From: Callorhinchus milii
Lineage: Eukaryota
Assembly: GCF_018977255.1 (NCBI RefSeq)
Contig: NW_024704742.1
Span: 53,384,001-53,448,000, forward strand
Length of the DNA stretch: 64,000 nucleotides
Reading direction: 5' to 3'
Both the position numbers and the translations under genes were made by a program. How positions within the stretch are numbered: the stretch's first letter is position 1; every line of letters starts with the position of its first letter. Of the stretch, positions 12,810-24,500 are shown in pieces. The notes beneath the pieces are model-generated. The model was given only the letters and a program-made list of their open reading frames with translations. It was not told where the DNA came from and ran no database searches.

Positions 12810-13123
12810 GAGTTCTGTAGCTCAGTGGTTAGAGCACTCGCTTTGCCAGTGAGAGACCTGAGTTCAATTCCAGGCAGGGCGAAACCTTGGGCAAGTTTCC
12901 TTACTCCACACGCCTAATAATAATCCCTCCAAAACCAAAAACAATAATAAATTGGTCATTTTCAATCTACGACTGTTTGTGGGACATTGCTGTGCACAAT
13001 TGGCTGCCGCGTTCGCCCACAAATATACAGTCAATTCACTTTACAGTGTGTTCTGTGAAGCGCTTTGGGACGTCCTCCCGACGTGAAAAGCGCTATATCA
13101 AATGCAAGGATTATTATTATTAT
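12810..13123 (+). mobile_element. Young tRNA-Ala-derived SINE (CORE-like motif + Deu 3' part + L2 tail)
   Basis: A-box TAGCTCAGTGG, B-box GAGTTCAATTCC, (TTA)n tail; near-identical to the other young copies. Confidence 0.92.
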
Positions 13124-14400
13124 GAAGATTTGCCTCTTGGATTTGGTAGTGGAGGGTGGCTCAGACACCTGTGGAAATGTATCTCAGGAAGAATCAATGC
13201 CTTCGGGACAGAAAATGGAAAAAAACAAACCCCCAAAGGATGTAAAATCTTACATTGAATAGACAACCAGGAATGGCTCAATTTGGTGGTTCTCTTCAGC
13301 CTCTCATCCCTCATATCTGAAGATTTTCTCCTTTTCTATTCAAATGAATGTCTTTATTTTGATCAAACTTTATAAGACAATTTTATTTGTCCTAGGAATC
13401 AGATTTTGGTTTGAGAATACAAACATGTTTGCTTTGCCCAAAAAGCAGTCACTATACTTGGTAATAATTACTGTAAAGTACTTTGAGACATTGCAATGTG
13501 ATAAAGTACTGTAAAAATGTATTTTTTTCCTTTCTATTTAAAAACACATGGATACAAAGAACTCTGCTACATTTATGAATCAAGCTTTTATGAATTTATG
13601 AATCTTCCTTTTAATTTCTTACATAGATTTCAATGGAAAGATCGCTCTTTTAAAGCATTCTTTGTATTTTCTCAATAAACTAGTAGATATGCAGTAACTT
13701 AGAGGACTTGTTCACAGATAATTCATTCGATTCAGTGAGACACGGACAAAGCAACAAAACTGATTTGTTACACCTTCACTACAATATACACAGTCACAAC
13801 ATGCTCAAAGCACCCATTGTGATATAATGTACTTCACTAACTATTAACAGCTTGCAAAAGGGTATCACTTTGGGATAAACAATACAGAATTTTAAGTGTA
13901 TTGGCTTAAGACAGCAAGCTTCTAAAGTACATTTAAAGTACATCGCAGTGGGATCCTGTATTGTACATAAATAATATGCTGTTGCTGTATAAGTAGTTCT
14001 TATTATTAGGCATCAATAACATTGGCCATATTACATTTGTCTTAGCTATAATTCTAAACTATGTCTACTTGCACAGAGAAACGTGCCACAAAGCCTATAT
14101 ATATGCAGTATCTTAATGACATGCACTCGCAAAGAAAAAGTTACGGAAAGTTGTCACAGATCTAAACTAAAGTAATGGGAATAATACACTGTATTGCAGA
14201 GTTAAATGACATTGCTGCATTTACTTTTAATAAATGAAATCATAAACTCAGCTCTGCTCCACTCCGCAACATAACAGTGCTGCACAATTTCCAGCCCTTT
14301 CAAGGAGAAAAAATTCCACCACCGAGCTCCTAATATCTTGTGCTGTAGCAGACTCGTACTGTGTAAGTACTTACAAGCAGAAATTCAAATGGAATCTTAC

Positions 14401-14446
14401 CTAGATTGCAGGCAGGCACAGAAATCAGTGACATCTTTGAGTGCAT
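14401..14446 (-). other. Candidate short upstream coding exon (MHSKMSLISVPACNL-), phase-compatible with the exon starting at 353
   Basis: Strong donor CTAG|GTAAGA at 14401/14400; ATG at 14446 gives 15 codons plus 1 nt; lies in the TE-poor island. Confidence 0.3.
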
Positions 14447-15646
14447 GATCTGATCATAGTCCTGGTGCAGTAGCTGCTATAAAGATCCCCTCTGTTTGTC
14501 GTACAGAGACCAGTAACCTATTCTAGGCAGTTTTGCTCAATGTGGTATATTGAGAATACACCCACTCCAGGAGGAATGAGACTAAACTGAACCGAATCCT
14601 GTCAAGTTTTTTCCCAGCGTCTCCTGTCTCCAAAATTCAGACGAAACTAATGTTTTGTGAAGGGGCCCAATGACCAGGCCCAGACTGGCTGGAAACTATT
14701 TCCTGCCTCCAAGTAGTATATACATGTGTGAGTGAATGCATGAGAAAAAAGGCGAAAGAAAGTAAAGGAATGCAAAGGAAGATACTGTAAGGAAAGCCGA
14801 GCAGTCCTCCAAGGCATCATAGAGAACTTTGTGAAGGCAGCTTTTGCCACTCCAACCAGCTAGAATTAAAAATAACATAAACATAAGGAATGAATGAGGT
14901 AGAAAACACATCTCAGTATCAAAGACTTGCTTTAAATTCAAAACGGACTTGACCTTATTGTGGCAATCAAGACATTTATTCTTTAGCGGCACATTAAGCA
15001 ACATGCTTTCCGAAGGCAATAACGTATGTTGTTACCTTTCCTGAGAATCCTCCAGGGCAACAGATAACCACCAACAATGTAAATTCACAAGGACAAACTC
15101 CATCTTGAGCATATTAGAATTTTTGCTGACATAAAACACGCAGCAGCAGAGCTTTCCAGTTTGACAGAGTGCCTGAATCAGATCCCTGGGACTGCCCACA
15201 TCTTATGTATCCACAGTTATGAACAGACTTTCTTAAACCATCATCTGTTTATCTTTTTCCCCCCTTTTTTTTCCTCTCTTGAACAACTTCCTCTCTGTTT
15301 CTCTGAGCGACTTTAGCCTGGGAACTAAGTTCACCATTTGGTCTTGATTAAAAGCAGACAAGCACCTTTGTAAAAGCCAGAACCAAGCTATTGCAGATCA
15401 GTTTTTTTACATTAATTAACATGCAGTTCAGTAGTTGTCTGTAACTAAATAAGAATCTCAGCACAACATATCATACGGAAAAACGATGCAGCTTACATTT
15501 CTTAAAAATAATCCATTAGAGTTACATGTGGAAGGATGGAAGCTAATTTTTTTTCTAATGTGGGTTTAACTTTTACAAGCCATGTAATGATATTTTGAAT
15601 TAGACTCAGGACTGTGTATTTCAGAGGTGCCCCACTTATCACTCAC

Positions 15647-15779
15647 ATGTAAGCTGCAGAGCTCAGAAATTGATGAAACTGTCACTGGCTGTGTGACGTT
15701 TCGCAGGGAGCAAAATAGTAGCTCGACCTGCTGACCAAAAATATGCTAAAGGCTGCAAAAAAATTACATTTAGAAAAAG
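15647..15779 (-). other. Candidate non-coding (5'UTR) exon
   Basis: Long polypyrimidine tract with (TC)n and ctgcag| acceptor at 15780-15781; donor ACAT|GTGAGT at 15647/15646; 133 nt long. Confidence 0.35.
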
Positions 15780-15959
15780 CTGCAGGAGAGAGAGAGAGAG
15801 AATGTGGGGGAAAAAAGACAATGTGTAGATCACAGTTATACCACAAACAAAGCTTAGACTTGCTTTATCTTTGTTTAGTTCCCTCAATAATGTTTTTTCA
15901 CAAAAAGTGAATTTGTTCCAGCAATCTTAATTGTCGATCAGTCACCTTCTAAACTTTGA

Positions 15960-16200
15960 CCTATAGGTCGGGGGGCTATAAAAAAAGCAATATTCAAAAC
16001 GTCAGACTGTAGTGCAGCTTACAAATATTGAGAAAATGTGCTTCAAGTTGTTATTTAAATTAACCAATTGATTACATCCTTTTAATTTTGGAAACAATTT
16101 GAAAAGTTTTATTCTCCGCCCTCCTCTCAGCAATTGAACTTTGCAACTGCAAATGGGTGGGAGGGAGGCCAAACATAACATAGCACAGATGGCTTAGCAC
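15960..16200. promoter_or_regulatory. Possible promoter/enhancer motif cluster
   Basis: GGGGGGCTATAAAA at 15970-15983, CCAAT at 16064, GC box CTCCGCCC at 16114-16121, E-box CAGATG at 16186, all in TE-poor DNA. Motif matches only. Confidence 0.25.
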
Positions 16201-16469
16201 AAGTAAGCAAAGAGTAAAGGAAGAGCTCAGCTATCTCTCAGTTAAAGTAGGATCTTTTGTGAAAGCGGTTCAAAGGAGAACATGCGCAAGATGATACGCC
16301 CAAATGAAATTGTTCAAATAAGCTTTTATTTAAATTTAAAAAATCTTCTCTTTCTCTCCTACCCCTTCTTTTCTGAATTATGTTTGATTCATGCTGGTGG
16401 TAAGCTTGCACAAACACTGGTCGCCTTCCGGGGCTCTGCACAAATGGTCATTATTCATGTGTAGGGACG

Positions 16470-16740
16470 TGACAGTGAGCGTCAGCAGCCGATTTTATCT
16501 TCACCCAACATCCACACATGCGCTCCTTCAGCAGAGATCATTGGAAAGCAATCAGCAGAACGGACCCTGACTGATTTTCTGCTCCTTAACCTGGGAACAC
16601 TGAGGCCAATTGCAGTACCTTTATTGCCATCCCGGCTAAATCAGCTAATTTAGCACAGACCAGGGATTGAACCTGCAGCATTCCTGTTCTGTACAGTCAG
16701 CTACTCACTGGATAAACTCCCTGAGCCATTGGGAAATGAC
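16470..16740 (-). mobile_element. AmnSINE2-like SINE
   Basis: ctgaggccaattgcagt...tcagctaatttagcacagaccagggattgaacctg...ctgagccattggga. Confidence 0.65.
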
Positions 16741-17052
16741 TCCCAGGTTGGCTTTAAAATTGAATAGAACCTCATGTTTAAATTTATGACATTGGCAAAC
16801 TGGATTTGAATCACTAACTGAGACTTGAAGGTTGCAAATGTCAGATTGAGAGATTCACCGAATAGCAAATCACCATTTTTTTATTTATGTCCTAATCTAG
16901 CCTAGGAATGGGCCAGGGAGCAGAGAGCTCAGCAGCGTGAGGAGGGAACTGAGTGAGATGGAATAGATTGAAAATTCTGTTAAGGAATTTGGTGAGAGGG
17001 GAAAGAGATGCAGAATTATGAAATATATATTTATATTAAAATAATATTAAAC

Positions 17053-17984
17053 ATGTCTGGGAATATAGCAGGGCAGCCGAGACCAGTTGCATGCATAATG
17101 TGTGCCATGTGGGAACTCCAGGATGCTTTGTGTGCCCTGGACAGACACGTGTGTAGGAAGTGCCTCCGGCTGCTCAAGTTTGAGCTCAGAGTTTTTGAGC
17201 GTGAGGAGAGGCTGGTGTCACTACATAGGATACGGGAGGCTAAAGAAATCGAACGTTTCAGGAGATGGTCAACCCACAGTCACAGAGGGTTCAGAAGGAG
17301 AATGAGTGGGTGACCACCCGGCATGGTAGGAAGAGGGAGGAAATAAAGGCAGTGCAGAAATCCCCTGAGAGTGTGGCACTCACAAACTGGTTCTCTGTAC
17401 TGAATACCAGTCAGGGTGATGACACCTCTGGGGAGGCGAGTCAAAAACAAATGGATGTACAGGGGGACACAGGGAAGAGTGTCAATGCAATTGTCATTGG
17501 GGACACAATGGTGAAAGGAATAGACATTTCTGCAAAGACGTGACTCTTACATGGTATGTTGCCTCACTGGTGCCAGGGTTGAAGACATCACAGAACGGGT
17601 CCAAAACGTTCTACAGGAGGAATGGGAACATCCAGAAGTCATGGTCCATGTTGGGATACATGACATAGGGAAAAAAAGAGCTGAGATCCTACAGGAAGAG
17701 TATCAGAAGCTAGGGAAAAAGCTAAAGAGTAGAACCTCAAAGATGGTGATCTCTGGATTACTCCCAGTGCCTCGTGCAAATGAGTATCAAAACAACAGGA
17801 TCAAAAACATGAATGCATGGCTAGAGAGTGGTACAGAAAGGAAGGCTTCAGGTTCCTGGATCATTGGGACCAGTTCTGGGGCAGGTGGGACCTGTACAAG
17901 GTGAATGGGTTACACCTGAACAGGGCTGGGACCAATGTCCTCACAGGGAGGTTAACTAGTGCTGTGGGGAAGGGTTTAAACTAA
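17053..17984 (+). pseudogene. CR1 ORF1 remnant (zinc finger/coiled coil + SGNH/GDSL esterase-like domain)
   Basis: CIMCAMWE...HVCRKC, VIGDTMVKGID, MVCCLTGARVEDI, VMVHVGIHDIG, spread over several frames. Confidence 0.85.
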
Positions 17985-19779
17985 TTTTGAGTGGGGAAGG
18001 GAATCAGGATGTAGCATTAGAGTTAAATAGAAGGCTGGGAGAGACGAATAACAATTTAATCAGGAGTAATCCAGAAAAAGGAGGGATTGGATGGGGGAGA
18101 AATTCAGAACAGCCTAACAGTCTTGGAGTGCATGTGCATAAATGCACGGAGCGTGGCAAATAAGATTGGTGAGCTGCAGGCTCAAGGTGCTACATGGGGT
18201 TGTGATGTAGTGGCAATAATGAAGATCTGGCTCAAACAAGGGCAGGAATGGGAGCTGAATATTCCTGGCTAAAATGTATTCAGTAGGGATAGGGAAGGAA
18301 ATAAAGGAAGGGGTGGCAATATTGATTAAAGACATGTATAAGGCCCTGGAAAGGGACTATATGCTATAGGGTCCATAAACAGAATCAATTTGGTTAGAGT
18401 AAAGGAGCTTTTACTCTGTTAGTGAATATATAGACCGAATAGTGGGAAGGAGATAGATGAGCAAATTTGCAAGCAGATTTCAGAAAGATGTAAAACCAAT
18501 AGAGTAGTGATAATGGAGGATTTCAATTATCCTAACATAGACTGGCAACATAACAGTGTAAAGGACAAGGAAGGGGAAGGATTCCTGAAATATGTGCAGG
18601 ATAACTTTCTGGATCAGTATGTTTCCAGCCCAACGAGGAAAGAAGCAGTGCTGGATCTAGTTCTGGGGAATGAAGTGGAGCAAGTGAAGCAGGTTTCAGT
18701 AGGAGATTATCTGGACAACAGTGATCACAACATCATTAGGTTTAGAGTACTTATGGAAAGGGACAAGGAGTAATCAAAGGTGAAGCTACTCAACTGGAAG
18801 AGGACTAATTTCAGTGAGTTACAAAGGGACCTAGCCAAGGTGGACTGGAAAGAAAGATTGGCAGGTAAAACAACTAATGAGCAATGGGAAGCCTTCAAGG
18901 AGGGAATATTTCAGGGACAGAACAAATACATTCCCACAAAGGGGAAAGGTAGGGCATCCAAACCTCCCTGGATGAGTAAGGAAATTGGGATTAAAATAAA
19001 ACAGAAAAAGGAGGCTTATGATAAATGTCAGGTCCAAAATACAGAAGATAATCAAATAGAATATAGAAAGTATAGAAGCGAACTGAAAAAGGAAATAAGA
19101 GGGGCAAAAAGATTGTATGAGAAAAGATTAGTGGGTAACAAAAAAGAGAACTCTAAGATATTTTATAAGCATATAAAGGTTAGTTAAAGGAGGGAGGGTC
19201 CAATTAGGGACCGAAGAGGAAATCTTCTTGTGGAGGCAGAGAGCATGGGTACTTTGCATCTATCTTCACAAAAGAAGAGGATGGAGCCAATGCCACAGTA
19301 TCGGAGGAGAGGTTAGAGAAATTGGATAAGATAGGAATAAACTGAGAGGAGGTAGTAAAAGGGTTGTCGGTGCTCAAAGTAGATAAGTCATCTGGTTTGG
19401 ATGGGATGCATCCTAGGTTACTGAGGGAAGTAAGGATTAAAATAATGGAGGCTCTGGCCATAATCTTTCAATCCTCCTTGGACACTGGGGTGGTGTCAGA
19501 GAACTGGAGGGTTGCAAATGTTACTCCTCTGTACAAAAAAAGGCAGAAGGATAAACATGGAAACCATAGGCCAGGCAGCCAAACGTTAGTAATGGGGAAA
19601 CTTCTAGAGACTATAATCCGAGACAAAATAAATTTTCACTTAGAAAAATATGAGTTAATAAAAGTCAGCCAACATGGATTTGTTAAAGGCAAATCATGTC
19701 TAACAAACCTGATAGAGTTTTTTGATGAAATAACAGAGCGGATGGATGAAGGTAGTGCAGTTGATGTAATTAAATGGAT

Positions 19780-19836
19780 TTTCAAAGACATTTGATAAAG
19801 TGCCACATAAGAGCACTTTATCAAATGTCTTTGAAA
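19780..19836. repeat. Perfect 24-bp inverted repeat with a 9-nt spacer inside the CR1 RT region
   Basis: TTTCAAAGACATTTGATAAAGTGC-cacataaga-GCACTTTATCAAATGTCTTTGAAA. Confidence 0.95.
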
Positions 19837-20547
19837 GCAAAATAGAAACTCACGGTATAAAATGGACAGTGGCAGCATGGATATAGAATTGGCTGGGAGA
19901 CAGAAAGCAGAAAGTGGTGTGAATGGTTGTTTTTCTGACTGGAGGGAAGTGTGCAGTGGTGCACCCCAGGGGTTTTTGATCTATATAAATGACCTGGACT
20001 TGGGTATAGGGAGTACAATTTCTAAGTTTCCAGTTGACACTAAGAGGGGAAACGTAGTAAACAGTGAGGAGGATAGTAGCAGACTGCAAATGGACATAGA
20101 CAGATTGGTAAATGAGCAGACAAGTGGCAGATGAAGTTTAATGTGGAGAAATGCGAAGTGGTGCATTTTGGTAGGAAGAATGAGGAGAGGCAATATAAGC
20201 TGATGGTACAATCTTAAAGGAGGTGAAGGAACAGTGAGACCTGGGGGTTCATATAAGTAAATCTTTGAAGGTGGCTGGACAGGTGGATAAAGCTATTAAA
20301 AAAAGCATATGGGACAATAGGCTTTATAAACAGGGGCATAGGATATAAAAGTCAGGAAGTTATGATGATCCTTTATAAAACACTGGTTAGGCCTCAGCTA
20401 GAGTACGGTGTTCAGTTCTGGGCACCACATTTTAGGAAGGATGTCAAGGCATTGGAGAGGGTGCAAACAAAATTTATCAGGATGATACCAGCAAAGAAAG
20501 ACTTCAGTTCAAAATTATAAGGGGATTTGATAGTGAACAAGGAGAAA

Positions 20548-20873
20548 TAATAATAATAATCCTTGCATTTGATATAGCGCTTTTCACGTCGGGAGGACGT
20601 CCCAAAGCGCTTCACAGAATATGCTGTAAAGTGAATTGACTGTATATTTGTGGGCGAACGCGGCAGCCAATTGCGCACAGGAATGTCCCACAAACAGTCG
20701 TAGATTGAAAATGACCAATTTATTATTGTTTTTTGTTTTTTGGAGGGATTATTATTAGGCGTGTGGAGTAAGGAAACTTGCCCAAGGTTTCGCCCTGCCT
20801 GGAATTGAACTCAGGTCACTCGCTTGCAAAGCGAGTGCTCCAACCACTGAGCTACAGGACTCCACTGAGCTAC
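20548..20873 (-). mobile_element. Young tRNA-Ala SINE nested in the CR1
   Basis: Full-length; TSD AGGAGAAA at 20540-20547 and 20874-20881. Confidence 0.93.
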
Positions 20874-21342
20874 AGGAGAAACTATTTCTACTGGGGGTGG
20901 GTCGATAACCCGAGTACACTGATTTAAAATAGTTAAAAGAAACAGAGGGGAGGTGAGGAGAATTTTTTTTACACAGCATTTGGGTTTCGATAATAACTTT
21001 TAAGAGAGAAGTAGCTAATTATTTGGGTAGGACAAGTTTGCAGGGCTATAGGGAGAGAGCGGGGAATGGGATTGAATTAGATAGCTTTTTTCAAAAGCCG
21101 GCACGGACACGGTGGGTCGAATGGTCTCCTTCTGTGCTCTCTGATTCTATGAATGCAACAGTAGCTGAAATCAGTTAATTCACACCATCCAGGTACCAAT
21201 CTGTCTCTCTCCATGTCCGTAAGGCTCAGTACCACACCACATGGTGTTTGATGTTCCAACTCGGCTCAGTCCATATCACTCTTGTCTCAGAAGGTTGTGA
21301 ATTTAAGTGCCATATTGGGACTGATGCTGCATCCAGGACTTA

Positions 21343-21719
21343 GTAATCATTATAATAATTCTTCTATTTGATATAGTGCCTTATCACATCATTGAGATGT
21401 CTCAAAGTGCTTCACAGAATGTACTGTAAAGTCAATTGATTATGTTTTGAGGATGAAATGCAGCAGCCAATTGGGCACAACAGTGTCCCACGAACAGTCG
21501 TGGATTGAGCGACCAAATTATTATTTTTTTTTGAAGGGATTATTACCTCCAGAAAGCAATCCATCAATTGACTAATACCCGGGTTCCTATTTACTGCTAG
21601 GTAAACAGAGTTGTGTTGCGTAAGGGAACTTGCCTAAGATTTCTTTCTGTCTGGGAATTAAACCCGGGTCCTTTTGCTTATGAGTGAAATGCTCTAACCA
21701 CTACTCTACAGGACTCCAC
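21343..21719 (-). mobile_element. Older, longer subfamily of the tRNA-Ala SINE, inserted into an old Deu-SINE (about 21260-21980, +)
   Basis: Same head and tail as the young SINE plus an internal segment (...cccgggttcctatttactgctaggtaaacagag); the flanks continue a Deu-SINE. Confidence 0.75.
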
Positions 21720-23049
21720 AAGTACTTGGGGAGTACTCTAATACCCTTACATCAAAGTCCCATCTGCCTGTTGTTCAGGTGGACATTTAAGATCCATTAC
21801 AAAGCCAGAAGAGAAAAGCAGTTTGTTCCTCTAATAAAGCTTACATTCAGCTCATGGCTACTTTTTGGACTTTGCTGGTGCAAATGATTGCCACGTTTGC
21901 CTTCAAATACAGTCACTATATCTCACGTTTTTACTTCTGTCATATTTGATATGATAAGGCACTATGAAAATGCAATCTATAAAGCACCGGGAGGGAGCAA
22001 AATTCCTATTTGGCTCCAATAAAAATTCCTGAAAATATATGTCCTATCATGCTTCTTCAAATAGGTATGAACAGGATTATACATTTATTATCCCAATAAG
22101 CCTCCTATTTATTGAACAGTTACTGCTACTGCTGACAATCTTTCAAATAAGGAGAGACAAATGAGATTCCAACAGCTCAACTGCTTCCCATTACTTTTAT
22201 ATGCAAGATTATAGGTAACATAATACAGTAACATTATAATGTGCTACGATAAAAATAAAATGGGATCATTCCTTCATGCTATAAATTCCGAGGATGAGAG
22301 CTTTTCTTTTTTCTCTCCCATATGTGTTTCTGCTCTCGCAGTGTTTAATACTGTGTGGCCGCTGACTGCTTATTGAGTATTGTTGCTTACGTCACCTCTG
22401 TGGCATCCGAGTTTAGTTTTAGTGGCTTTTTTCCCCTATCTTGACCTCTAACATTTAACAACATTCTTCTGTACGTCAGAACTGGATTGTTAGAAAAAAA
22501 ATCATTAGAAAGGTCACAAGTATTGGCACAAAGCTCCAGGCCGCATTTTGAGACTCTCCGACCCACAAAGGACGATGCACAACATACATCAGTGGATGGG
22601 CTTTTGTTTAAACTGCAATTATCCTGTGAATGTACTGCATTGTGATGTCAATTCTGTACACTAACTGTGTAGACATAAAGCTTTCTCCTTCCTTTTCTCC
22701 TCCCTTTAAATTTTTGAGTGACGTGTCATTTTTGAGTGACTCTGTAGCTCCCCTTTTCCCCTCCCCTTGTCTCGGGTGCCCAGCCAGCTGTACAAAGTGA
22801 TGTCCTCCTGACGTGAAAGGCACTATATAAATGTAAATTGTGTTGAGTTCTTTTCTTCTATTTTTACTTTTTTTTGTGAAAACAAATCACCGAATATCAA
22901 AGGCTCAAAAACAATGAAAATTAATCCAGAAACTTTATCATAAAACAAAATGATAACTTTCCATGTAAAGTATTTTCTTCCCCAAGCATGTTTTTTTTTC
23001 TCCTCCCCCTCTTTTCTGAAGATGCTAGACTCCATTTTCCTGGAGTAAA

Positions 23050-23450
23050 TCCTTCTACCTTTCTTTGACTGGGGCATGATCCAAAGAGGGTCAATTGGTC
23101 TCTATTTCCTTGGCCAAGAGGTTTTTGTGGATGTGTGAGCCTTGGCTGTGATTAACAGGCTTGTTGAATATGGGGGAATGGATGTGCAGTTAGATTTGAG
23201 CCTATTCTCACCCTACATCTGCTTATACGATGGACTAATAGCCTCTTTCTATACCAAACATTTCTATGTATGGGATATCAAAGAATGATCAGGATTTTTC
23301 CCTTCCAAGCCCAAGGGAGCTAAAGCCAATTGCTGCACTTTTGTTGTTGCCTTGGTTAATACCAGCAAGCTCAGAATAGACAGCGACCAAGATCTATAAT
23401 CTTCTGTTCCATCATTTTAGTGGATTTCCCCAAAATGCCTTCAGAGGAGT
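23050..23450 (-). mobile_element. AmnSINE2-like SINE, diverged
   Basis: gagcctattctcaccc...aagccaattgctgcac...gcaagctcagaatagac. Confidence 0.45.
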
Positions 23451-23489
23451 CCATCAATTTTTTTTAAAGTAAAAAACATGCAAAAAATC

Positions 23490-24500
23490 TTTTCTTTATG
23501 GCCATTCAGGTGTCCGACACATGTGAAAACCATCATGCTTAATAGTATACAAACCAGATTGAGAGTTTCATGCATGCAGCCTACCCATGAACATTTCCCT
23601 GTGGAATGCATAATCTCTCTCTGGAGGGATGTATTCAGTTTACCTAATACTAGAGAGTATCAGGCAAAGGTTGGTAATAATAATAATAATAATAATCCTT
23701 GCATTTGATATAGCGCTTTTCACGTCGGGCGGACGTCCCAAAGCGCTTCACAGAACACACTGTAAAGTGAATTGACTGTATATTTGTGGGCGAACGCGGC
23801 AGCCAATTGCGCACAGCAATGTCCCACAAACAGTCGTAGATTGAAAATGACCAATTTATTATTGTTTTGGTTTTTGGAGGGATTATTATTAGGCTTGTGG
23901 AGTAAGGAAACTTGCCCAAGGTTTCGCCCTGCCTGGAATTGAACTCAGGTCTCCCGCTTGCAAAGCGAGTGCTCTAACCACTGAGCTACAGGACTCCACA
24001 ATAAGATCCAACGCTTGGGGATGTCAGTGTGTATTGGGGTGCTGCTCAAATCTAACCAGCTAAAATTGTACAGCTTGCCATTTAGAGCATAGACTAAGGT
24101 TCATGTTGCTTGTCCAGTTAGCACCATCCGACCCATTTGGGGCTTTGGTTTACAGAGTTTACAGGAGTTGAGAGCGAGGAATCCCTGCCCTCAGTGATGG
24201 GTCTGCCCTCCCAAACACTGCTGATAAGCCAGGCTGGCTGTGCTGTTATCACCAGTGCCTGGAGTACTGCGAATAGCCTAGCTAAGAAACTGGATTCCTG
24301 CCACAGAAGATTAACTTGATTCTGACATTCTGTTGCAAGCACATTAGCTTACAGTTAGTTCAGATTCAAGGAGAGCCTGCTTACCTCCCCCAAGGAGGAT
24401 AGTCAGTAGTTGGTCATTTGAAAACTGACAAATGCAGGTTTGAGCCCTCACTGGGTAGATGGCAGATACCAGGAACTCCCTGCAAGCTTCCTTGTGAGCA
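23490..24500 (-). mobile_element. Family X retroposon copy, split by a young SINE
   Basis: Colinear with 31160-31870 on both sides of the SINE (ggttggtaa|taagatccaa). Confidence 0.75.
23676..23999 (-). mobile_element. Young tRNA-Ala SINE
   Basis: Full-length, near-identical to 47671-47990. Confidence 0.93.

Larger units (their letters stand above)
18120..21000 (+). pseudogene. CR1 ORF2 remnant (APE endonuclease + reverse transcriptase)
   Basis: CINARSVANK, DFNYPNIDW, LDLVLGNE...SDHN, KSSGLDGMHPRLLRE, QHGFVKGKSCLTNLIEFF, GAPQG, and FPVDTK (decayed FADDTK). Confidence 0.92.
16900..21150 (+). mobile_element. Near-full-length, inactivated CR1 LINE
   Basis: 5'UTR, ORF1 and ORF2 (see next two features) and a 3'UTR ending in ATTCTATG; many stops and frameshifts; nested SINE at 20548-20873. 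Confidence 0.95.

Noticed and set aside
12887..13258. Recurrent ORF MGKFPYSTRLIIIPPK...KCKDYYYY seen at several loci
   Set aside because: Chance translation of the young SINE; the recurrence reflects repeat copies, and the frame breaks between copies.
15970..15983. GGGGGGCTATAAAA identical to the adenovirus major late promoter TATA context
   Set aside because: A 14-nt low-complexity match with no other viral or vector sequence; coincidence.
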